IMG/VR virus record: IMGVR_UViG_3300037697_000022
Span: 1-36,303 of that record
DNA length: 36,303 nucleotides
Direction: 5' to 3' (one strand)
Origin: a virus
Taxonomy: Duplodnaviria > Caudoviricetes
The notes below the pieces were generated by a model, which saw only the letters and a list, made by a program, of their open reading frames with translations, made no database searches and had not been told where the DNA came from. Position numbers and translations under genes: made by a program. This document shows, one piece after another, positions 15,988 to 22,789 of the stretch (position 1 is its first letter; the number at the start of each line of letters is the position of its first letter).

Positions 15988-16184
15988 GCGAAACCAAGAT
16001 CGTCATCCTGCTCTCGCTGTCGGTCTTCTTCTTTATCCCGGTCGGGTTTGTCAGCCTCTGCGCGGTGTGGGTCAATATCGACAAGAACCAGTTCGAGAAA
16101 GCGGGGTGGTGGCTGGAAACGTCGGCTTACGCCATCGTCGGGTCGATCTTGGTCGGCTCCATGATTGAGCCATTCGTTGACTGA
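15984..16184 (+). CDS. Small two-TM membrane protein
   Basis: Two hydrophobic segments; ATGA overlap. Confidence 0.7.
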   Translation: MSETKIVILLSLSVFFFIPVGFVSLCAVWVNIDKNQFEKAGWWLETSAYAIVGSILVGSMIEPFVD

Positions 16185-16231
16185 TTCGGGCGCGTGCGCT
16201 TAGATGAGGCTTCCAACCAAAGGAGACTGAA

Positions 16232-16435
16232 ATGGCCAAGCTTCCGACTGTGGGCAGCAAGGTTCTCGTGCACCTCAAAAGCGGCGCCGTCGCCCCGGCC
16301 ACGGTGCTCAAACACAATGACGGCGGGCGCACGCTGGCGGTGAAGGTGGACAGCACCGGCGAGGTTCTGACCAGCCTTGGCGACATGGTGACGCCGCCGA
16401 GTCAGCCCTACTACGAAGTGCCGGTGAAGAAGTGA
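16232..16435 (+). CDS. Small beta-barrel-like hypothetical protein
   Basis: AAGGAG RBS; PTVG..V.V....PA.V pattern; possible promoter TTGACT at 16177. Confidence 0.72.
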   Translation: MAKLPTVGSKVLVHLKSGAVAPATVLKHNDGGRTLAVKVDSTGEVLTSLGDMVTPPSQPYYEVPVKK

Positions 16436-16746
16436 CCCGGCGCCGGGACGGACGCGGTCGGATCGTCGTCCTTACCCCTGACAACTTCGCCGACGCACCC
16501 CTGTCTGTCGGTGAGATCAGGGCCACCAAGGAACGCGACGGCAGCAAGTGGTCGCCGCGCGACGTGCTGATCGAAACCCTGCGGCTGATCGACAGCGGCG
16601 AGCTGGACTTGGATGTCTGCGTGGTGTGCTGGCGGACGAAGGATGATGGTGGGATCAGCTGGACGCAAGCCTCACCGGACTTTGACCTTTCTATCAGCGT
16701 GATGGCACAGGCGATGCACTCGCTTATTGACCGCTCAAAGGCGTAG
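16432..16746 (+). CDS. Hypothetical phage protein
   Basis: GTGA overlap; WSPRDVL...LR.ID.G. Confidence 0.7.
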   Translation: MTRRRDGRGRIVVLTPDNFADAPLSVGEIRATKERDGSKWSPRDVLIETLRLIDSGELDLDVCVVCWRTKDDGGISWTQASPDFDLSISVMAQAMHSLIDRSKA

Positions 16747-16761
16747 CTATAGATTGCCACC

Positions 16762-16841
16762 GTGCTCCTCCTCCTGAGCACTTGGCCCCGGCCCCGGCAG
16801 AGGGTTCAGCCCTCCTTTCCCCCTGCTGGGGCCACCTTTTC
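16762..16841 (+). ncRNA. Predicted cuckoo-like anti-Shine-Dalgarno sRNA 1
   Basis: Promoter TTGACC(16727)-N17-TAGATT(16750); hairpin GTGCTC-[CTCCTCCT]-GAGCAC; second hairpin (16790-16833) enclosing CCCTCCTTTCC; U-tract. Confidence 0.72.
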
Positions 16842-16865
16842 CCCCACCATCATGAGGCAAGTGTG

Positions 16866-16949
16866 ATGATGAGCTGGCAGGCCGCCTACTATTCCACCAT
16901 CACGTTTGTGGTCATCATCTTCTTGGCCACTGTCCTGTTCGTGTCATGA
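16866..16949 (+). CDS. Small hydrophobic peptide (27 aa, one TM)
   Basis: Not in the ORF track. MMSWQAAYYSTITFVVIIFLATVLFVS; GAGG RBS. Confidence 0.55.
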   Translation: MMSWQAAYYSTITFVVIIFLATVLFVS

Positions 16950-16959
16950 GGAGCAACGA

Positions 16960-17130
16960 ATGAGCGCAGCAGCATCAAAGCGCCGCCGCCGGCAGTACGC
17001 CAACGGCTTCGCCCACCTCCCTAAGCAGCGCCGCCCCGGATACAAGATCACCTCTATCGAGAAGGCCAAGCGCCGGCTCGAACAGGTGGTTGAAAAGCAG
17101 AAGGCCATGCAAAGGAGAAAGAAGGTATGA
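16960..17130 (+). CDS. Small, highly basic protein (56 aa)
   Basis: GAGGAG RBS; R/K-rich. Confidence 0.7.
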   Translation: MSAAASKRRRRQYANGFAHLPKQRRPGYKITSIEKAKRRLEQVVEKQKAMQRRKKV

Positions 17131-17318
17131 CGATTCGAGCGCACCTGAAGAACCCTGCTTATGCCGATGATGTCGGCATGATCAAGGTCACCATCGAACG
17201 GCTGGTCGGCGGCAAATGGGTCGCCGACGCCATCCCCACAATTCTGCCGGCTGGACCCGGCGAATTGCTGCTGACGATTGTCCCTGATCGTCGGTTTATC
17301 CTCGAACAGAAGGAATGA
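17127..17318 (+). CDS. Hypothetical protein
   Basis: ATGA overlap. Confidence 0.7.
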   Translation: MTIRAHLKNPAYADDVGMIKVTIERLVGGKWVADAIPTILPAGPGELLLTIVPDRRFILEQKE

Positions 17319-17322
17319 GGCT

Positions 17323-17595
17323 ATGAGCATGGACTACGCAAACGTTCTGGAAGCATTGAAGAGAGGCCATCGCGTGTCACGCGGCGGCTGGCCACGTGGC
17401 GATTATGTGGTGCTCGCCACCGGCGGCACCTTCAACATCGAAGGCCAGCCGATGGGAAATCTGGCACCCTTCTGCGTGCGTCACCGGGACGGCAAGTTCT
17501 ACGTCTGGCAACCCACCAACTACGACCAGCTCAGCGAGGATTGGGTGGCAACCCCGTTCGCGGAATATGTTGACGCACAGGCCGCCAGCGCCTAA
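17323..17595 (+). CDS. DUF2829 / Tad2-like (Thoeris anti-defence 2-like) protein
   Basis: MDY..VLEALKRG.RVSR.GW ... WQPT..DQLSEDW matches the DUF2829 consensus MxFxxAlxxlkxGxkvxRxgW...WxPsqxDxLAxDW. Confidence 0.8.
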   Translation: MSMDYANVLEALKRGHRVSRGGWPRGDYVVLATGGTFNIEGQPMGNLAPFCVRHRDGKFYVWQPTNYDQLSEDWVATPFAEYVDAQAASA

Positions 17596-17604
17596 TCTGG
17601 CGTC

Positions 17605-17741
17605 GTTCACGTAGTAGGGAACTTAGCACGGACTTGCGAACCTGCCCTGATCCCGCGATAGGCGTCTCGCGACCTCAACAGCGGATGCAAGTCAGGGTGG
17701 ATGAACCCTCCAGAGGCTGACGCTCCTCTGGGGGGTTTTCT
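17605..17741 (+). ncRNA. Predicted structured ncRNA 2 (~135 nt)
   Basis: Promoter TTGACG(17570)-N17-TAATCT(17593); several helices; terminator AACCCTCCAGAGG/CCTCTGGGGGGTT-TTCT (17704-17741); no credible ORF. Confidence 0.68.
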
Positions 17742-17776
17742 CTTGAACTGTGCAGCATGGTGACGTATATATCTGC

Positions 17777-17869
17777 AAGGCCGTGCGGGGCTTTCCTCCT
17801 CCCTTGTCCTCGCGCGCCTTAATGGAAACTTGGGGCTGGACCCTGCGACTCCTGTCCAGCCTCCTTTTT
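17777..17869 (+). ncRNA. Predicted cuckoo-family (CCUCCUCCC) sRNA 3
   Basis: Promoter CTTGAA(17742)-N17-GTATAT(17765); hairpin 17777-17820 with loop TTTCCTCCTCCCTT; terminator hairpin 17832-17863 plus T5. Confidence 0.75.
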
Positions 17870-17877
17870 CCCCGAAT

Positions 17878-17965
17878 AGCGCGGCAATCCCCCCGCCGCG
17901 CTCGAAGGATGGCCGGCGGCGATGTGGCGCCCCCCAGAAGCTAGCCCGCCATCCTTCACTCTTCC
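17878..17965 (+). ncRNA. Two further hairpins with C-rich loops (sRNA 4 or late-operon leader)
   Basis: AGCGCGGC-[AATCCCCCC]-GCCGCGCT; GAAGGATGGC(17904-17913)/GCCATCCTTC(17948-17957). Confidence 0.45.
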
Positions 17966-18033
17966 CTTCCCCACGATCCCGGTGTATCAAAGCGATTGCG
18001 TGAGGCGCGATCAACCTTTGAGGGATTCCGCAG

Positions 18034-18387
18034 ATGGCAGTCCGTAATGCGGCTCATGGCGCCTCCACCTCCGCCCACGCCAAAAAGCTGACGTGGTCCG
18101 GTCTGTTGAATACCGACACCGGCGACCACCAACTCCTCCCCTTCTTCAATGACCGCTCGGTGCAGGTGCTCGGCACCTTCGGCGCCGGCGGAGAGGTTAG
18201 CCTCGAAGGCAGCAACGACGGCGGAACCACGTGGGCGATCCTCAGCGATCCTCTCGGCAACGCCCTCACCTTCTCCGCTGCCGGGCTCAAAGCGATCTCG
18301 GAATACACCGAACGCATTCGGCCGAACGTGACGGGTGGCGACGGCACCACCGACCTGATCGTTGTCGTCTTCATGCGGGGGAGCTGA
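18034..18387 (+). CDS. Putative virion accessory beta-sandwich protein
   Basis: VQVLGTFG...V.LEGSNDGGTTW..L.D pattern; GAGGG RBS. Confidence 0.65.
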   Translation: MAVRNAAHGASTSAHAKKLTWSGLLNTDTGDHQLLPFFNDRSVQVLGTFGAGGEVSLEGSNDGGTTWAILSDPLGNALTFSAAGLKAISEYTERIRPNVTGGDGTTDLIVVVFMRGS

Positions 18388-18389
18388 TC

Positions 18390-18941
18390 ATGCTTAAGAA
18401 GCCACAGCCGCTCTCGGCGGCAGAGAAGACCGAACTGAAAGCCGCCATCCGCTATGTGCAGGATCATGCGCAGCAGATGCGGGCGGTGCTCACCATCGCC
18501 GACAAGATCAGCGATCTCTCGCAGCTGGAACGGATGGCCACCGAAGCGCAGGCCATGCTTGATGCCAAGGCGGTACAGAACGCTGAGCTGGACAAGAAGC
18601 GCGGCGTGATCAACGCCGATATCGAGGCGCTGTCCAAGCGGGCGGCGGAGCGCCGGGAGCTGACCAAAAAGGCGGAGCTGGAAGCTGAGGAGGAGGTGGC
18701 GGCGGCCCAACGCCGGGCGCTTGCTGAGGCCGGTGCCATCATCAACGAGGCCAAGGATCGGGCCAAGGCCAAGGCCGACGCCATCGATCTCCAAACGGCG
18801 GAGCTGGGGATGCTGGACGGTGAGATCGCCAAGCGGTTGAAGCAACTGAGCGACATTGAGGCAATGGTGGCGGAGGCTGAGCAGAAGCTTAAGCGCGCCG
18901 AAAACTACCTCAAAAAGCTGGCAGGTGGCTCCGATGGCTAA
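18390..18941 (+). CDS. Coiled-coil protein
   Basis: A/E/K/L-rich heptads; GGGGAG RBS before ATG 18390. Confidence 0.72.
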   Translation: MLKKPQPLSAAEKTELKAAIRYVQDHAQQMRAVLTIADKISDLSQLERMATEAQAMLDAKAVQNAELDKKRGVINADIEALSKRAAERRELTKKAELEAEEEVAAAQRRALAEAGAIINEAKDRAKAKADAIDLQTAELGMLDGEIAKRLKQLSDIEAMVAEAEQKLKRAENYLKKLAGGSDG

Positions 18942-19350
18942 TGCAATCTATCCGGAATACAAGGAATTTCTGCTCTCAGCGTCGGCCAACGTGTCGCTGA
19001 ACGTCGATGATACCACCGATGGCCCATTCGTGGCCTTGGTGGACACCGGCACCTACACCTACTCGGCCGCGCATGACTTCTACAGCGACCTGAGCGGCGT
19101 CGTCGGCACCGATCAACGGATCGCCACGCCCACCGTGGCCGATGGCACCTTCGATGGCGACAACGTCACCTTCACCGCTGTGTCCGGCGCCACCGTCGAG
19201 GCGTTGGTGATCTACCGGCACAACGCCGGCGCCAACACCACGTGGAAGCTGGCCGCCTTCATCGATACCGGGCAGACCGGCCTGCCGGTCACACCCAACG
19301 GCGGCGATATCACCGTCAGCTGGAACGCCTCGGGGATTTTCACGATATGA
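18934..19350 (+). CDS. Phage structural/fibre-associated protein
   Basis: MANAIY...FD.D.VTF..V.G...EALVIY...LPVTPNGGDITVSW...GIF, a pattern recalled from phage accessory structural genes. Confidence 0.7.
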   Translation: MANAIYPEYKEFLLSASANVSLNVDDTTDGPFVALVDTGTYTYSAAHDFYSDLSGVVGTDQRIATPTVADGTFDGDNVTFTAVSGATVEALVIYRHNAGANTTWKLAAFIDTGQTGLPVTPNGGDITVSWNASGIFTI

Positions 19351-19670
19351 GCGACACCAAGGACCCGCTGCTGCTGGCCACACCCACCGCACAGCGCGAG
19401 CTGTTCAAGCGGATGAGCCGGGCTTGCGATGGGTTCTCGACCGAGGACGCCATCGGCGCCGCCGCCAACGTGATGATCAACGCCATCCGGCAGGCACACC
19501 CGACGCGCCGGAAGGCTGAGGTGCGGTTCGATGAGCTGTTCGGCCGGCTCAAACAAATCTTGGTCGACCACTATGAGAGCGGTGGGCGCAAGAAGGGCGT
19601 GTTCCCGTATCCGCAGGTGATCCAGATGGAACGGTTCGACGCCCGCAACAGGTTCGGCGACGAGAAATGA
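19347..19670 (+). CDS. Hypothetical protein
   Basis: ATGA overlap. Confidence 0.7.
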   Translation: MSDTKDPLLLATPTAQRELFKRMSRACDGFSTEDAIGAAANVMINAIRQAHPTRRKAEVRFDELFGRLKQILVDHYESGGRKKGVFPYPQVIQMERFDARNRFGDEK

Positions 19671-19671
19671 C

Positions 19672-20271
19672 ATGCCCTTGGTCGATTTCGATGACCCAGC
19701 CGTCTGGGACTCGCTCTACAGGTGCTGGTCGCCAGATGGCACGACGCTGCTGCACTTCGAGCGTGGCGCCAAGGAGCGTATTCTCGGCAATGACCACTGG
19801 CTGCTGAGGGACGCGCTCAACCTCCAGCCGGGGCAGAGCATCGGGCTCATCGGCGCCGGCTATGGATGGGTCGCTGAGGATTGGGCAGCGGACGGCCTTG
19901 GTCCAATCGTCGCCGTCGACACCTCCACCTACATCCAGTCGAACAAGACGCTGCACGCCACCGTCACGATCCTTGATGAGGACGGAACAAGCAATCCCTC
20001 ACGCGGGCGGATCAGACAGGCGCTCGGGCTCAGCGGTAACCGCAAGGCGGATTGGGGGATCACTGAGGATATCCTGCCGGGGATGACCGATGCAGAGTGC
20101 CTGACCCTCGCCGGGCATATGCGCAACCTCGCCACCACGGTTGTGCATTGGGTGAGCGCGCTGAAAGCGCGCAATCAGGACCCGCGCCTCAACTGGAAGA
20201 CGCTGGAAGACTGGAAGGCTCTGATGACGCCTGATCTCGTGGTGCAGCGCGGCACCAATAGGGTGCTCTGA
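19672..20271 (+). CDS. Hypothetical protein, possible SAM-dependent methyltransferase fold
   Basis: L.LQPGQSIGLIGAGYGW (GxGxG-like), then IVAVDTS. Confidence 0.55.
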   Translation: MPLVDFDDPAVWDSLYRCWSPDGTTLLHFERGAKERILGNDHWLLRDALNLQPGQSIGLIGAGYGWVAEDWAADGLGPIVAVDTSTYIQSNKTLHATVTILDEDGTSNPSRGRIRQALGLSGNRKADWGITEDILPGMTDAECLTLAGHMRNLATTVVHWVSALKARNQDPRLNWKTLEDWKALMTPDLVVQRGTNRVL

Positions 20272-22730
20272 TGGCCCTGCCGACTGACATTTCTGCCCTG
20301 CTTGATACAGCAATAGCTGGCCCTTTTATGTCCAGCGCCGGGAACGTTTATGTTTTTGGCAGGAGTGATGCTGCCACCGATACGTTGCGGGCGATCAAGG
20401 CGACCGATCCTACGTCTTCGTTCTCAGCTGTTGGCAGCGATCAAGACCCATACAACCTCTTTTTGCGTGGCGTTAGTGCTCACCAAGTTGGCGATGTCAT
20501 TCATATTATTGGGAATTTTCATAGCAGCGAGAGCGCTGTCTCTTATCGTTATCTGACCTTTAATATGGCCACTGACGCATGGGTGATCTCAGAAGATATT
20601 GAAACTGGTTTGGACATAACGCCTGCAAGCAATACTGATCCGAGCCTGTACCCAGATATAACCGTCAGATCAGATGGCGATGTCATAGTCGTTTATAATG
20701 GTGAAACCGACGCGATCAAGGGGACATCATACGCCCGCATTAAATACGCAAGGCGTGAGGGCGGCACATGGACAACCAACATTGCTGTGGATGCAGGAGG
20801 ACAGCTTGACTACTCCTTCTCCAGAACAACTCTCGGGTTGGATGACAGGGTGCATATATTCTGGCGTCAACTGGAAAAGACTTCACTCTTTCATAGGACG
20901 CTAAGCAGTGCCAACGTATTGCAAGCCGGCAGCGAGTTGTTGGACGCGTTTGACATCAGTACAAGCAGTTCAGTAAATAATAACGCATACTACTCCGCTT
21001 ATTCGTGGGATGACGGCGGGACGATTAGAGTTGCGGCGATTGGCATAGCGTCAGACGACGTTACAGATGCTCAACCAGTATATTTTGATAGTAGTTTCGA
21101 GCCAGCACTGAATAAGGGCACAGCATTTGGTACAAGCCTCAAAGGAATGCGGTATTGGCATGATGACGATAAGCTATACGTCATCTACGCGTCATCGCCA
21201 AGCAACGACCTATTTATCGCTGCGTCAACGGACAACGGAGCCTCGTTTGGCACCGCGACAAACATATATATGGGGACAGTACATGCGAGCTGGCTTAATA
21301 CGCTTAAAGAACCGGGAGAAGTATATATTCGTGGGGGAAACTATGTTGCTGGTTACATAACGACAGAGGGTATCTCCGACAATAAATATAATGAAGCTAT
21401 TCTACGTGCGGCGACTGGCACACAGAACATCGACGGCGCCCTCTTCACCAACACAAACACCTTCTTCGGGGCGACGGTGTCGACGGGCGCTGTCACGATC
21501 AGCGGTGCACTGTTCACTGACGGTGACACCTTCTTCGCCGCGACCGTTGCGCAGTCCACCACGATCCTCGGTGCGCTCTATGCCGATGACGACACCTTCT
21601 ATCAGTCAGTCGTCACCGCAACCTACGCCATCGCCGGCGCCCTCTATTCGGACGCCGACGCCTTCTTCGGCGCCACGATCTCCTCGTCGTACACGATCAG
21701 TGGGGCTCTGTTCTCGGATGCCGATGCCTTTTTCGGGGCCACAATCGCGCAATCGACCACCATCCTCGGCGGGCTCTACAGCGACGATGACACCTTCTAT
21801 CAGTCGACCGTCGCGGCCGGCACAGTCACCATCACCGGATCGTTGTTCTCAGATGGGGACACGTTCTTTGCGGCCACAGTGGCGCCGGGCGTTGCCACGA
21901 TCTCTGGCGCCCTGTTCGTGGATGGGGACACGTTCTATCAGGGCCACGTCGCCAATGTGATCAGCGGCGCCCTCTACAGCGATCCTGACGCCTTCTTCGC
22001 TTCCACCACTACCGCCTCCTACACGATCAGCGGTGTGCTCTATGCCGACGCGGATGCGTTCTTTGCGGCGACGATCTCCAGCACCTATGCCATCACCGGG
22101 GCGCTCTACACCGACGCCGACACTTTCTTCGAGGCCACCATCGCGTCTGGGTTCGTGATCGAGGGCGCGCTGTTCACCGATGGCGACACCTTCTTCGGCG
22201 CGGCGCTGGCCTATACCATCAACGGCGTGCTCTACACCGACGATGATACGTTCTTCGCGGCGACCGTGTCGGCCGGCGCCAGCCCACAAACCATCGACGG
22301 CGCGTTGTTCGCGGATGGGGACGTGTTCTTCCAAGCGGCGATCACGGCCGCCTACACAATCGAAGGCGCCCTCTACGCGGACGCGGACACCTTCTTCGAG
22401 GCAACCCTCTCGCATGGCCTCAGCGGCAACCTCTACGCCGACGATGACACCTTCTTCGCCGCCACCCTCACCACGACCGTCACCGTCACCGGCGCCATCT
22501 TCGTGGACGGGGACACCATCTTCGGGGCCACCGTCGTCTCGATCTACGGCGTCGACGGCGCGCTGTTCGTGGACGGCGATGCGTTCTTTGCCGCCAACCT
22601 GACCGCCGCCAACACCATCGACGGCGTCCCCTACACCGATCCTGATATCTTCTATGGGGCGGAAGTCGTCGGCGGCCTTCCGAGCGCCGGCGGTGGTGGC
22701 ATGCACTTGTGGGAGCGTCGCGGCCGATAG
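20271..22730 (+). CDS. Fibre/adhesin-like protein: N-terminal BNR-type domain plus 19 tandem ~22-aa repeats
   Basis: Asp-box STDNGASFG; repeat consensus IxGAL(F/Y)xDxD(T/A)FFxAT. Confidence 0.8.
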   Translation: MALPTDISALLDTAIAGPFMSSAGNVYVFGRSDAATDTLRAIKATDPTSSFSAVGSDQDPYNLFLRGVSAHQVGDVIHIIGNFHSSESAVSYRYLTFNMATDAWVISEDIETGLDITPASNTDPSLYPDITVRSDGDVIVVYNGETDAIKGTSYARIKYARREGGTWTTNIAVDAGGQLDYSFSRTTLGLDDRVHIFWRQLEKTSLFHRTLSSANVLQAGSELLDAFDISTSSSVNNNAYYSAYSWDDGGTIRVAAIGIASDDVTDAQPVYFDSSFEPALNKGTAFGTSLKGMRYWHDDDKLYVIYASSPSNDLFIAASTDNGASFGTATNIYMGTVHASWLNTLKEPGEVYIRGGNYVAGYITTEGISDNKYNEAILRAATGTQNIDGALFTNTNTFFGATVSTGAVTISGALFTDGDTFFAATVAQSTTILGALYADDDTFYQSVVTATYAIAGALYSDADAFFGATISSSYTISGALFSDADAFFGATIAQSTTILGGLYSDDDTFYQSTVAAGTVTITGSLFSDGDTFFAATVAPGVATISGALFVDGDTFYQGHVANVISGALYSDPDAFFASTTTASYTISGVLYADADAFFAATISSTYAITGALYTDADTFFEATIASGFVIEGALFTDGDTFFGAALAYTINGVLYTDDDTFFAATVSAGASPQTIDGALFADGDVFFQAAITAAYTIEGALYADADTFFEATLSHGLSGNLYADDDTFFAATLTTTVTVTGAIFVDGDTIFGATVVSIYGVDGALFVDGDAFFAANLTAANTIDGVPYTDPDIFYGAEVVGGLPSAGGGGMHLWERRGR
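21429..22670 (+). repeat. Coding tandem repeat, 19 degenerate units of about 60-75 bp
   Basis: Recurrent GGCGC(C/G)CT(C/G)T(A/T)C...GAC(A/G)CCTTCTTC; unit count read from the translation. Confidence 0.9.
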
Positions 22731-22735
22731 GGCCA

Positions 22736-22764
22736 TTGACAACGTAGTGCTGACGTCCTACATT
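22736..22764 (+). promoter_or_regulatory. Early-type promoter with GTAG-N10-CTAC palindrome
   Basis: TTGACA(22736)-N17-TACATT(22759); same architecture as 8180, 9538 and 10713. Confidence 0.82.
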
Positions 22765-22789
22765 CGGGCGTAAGGGACAGGAGGGAAAA

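Noticed and set aside
17605-17741. Hammerhead ribozyme or SAM-II riboswitch
   Set aside because: CUGAUCC is not the CUGANGA core and no GAAA partner was found; the SAM-II consensus does not match by eye.
17607-18014. ORFs 17607-18014(-) and 17750-17944(+) as proteins
   Set aside because: No RBS, Pro/Arg/Gly-rich junk-like composition, and they cross clear promoters and terminators.
21429-22670. Regularly spaced repeats as a CRISPR array
   Set aside because: Units are degenerate at third codon positions, in frame, and encode a protein repeat; there is no constant repeat with unique spacers.
20271-22730. Diversity-generating retroelement, given the BPP-1-like head genes
   Set aside because: No reverse transcriptase and no TR/VR pair differing at adenines seen in this window; one could lie outside it.
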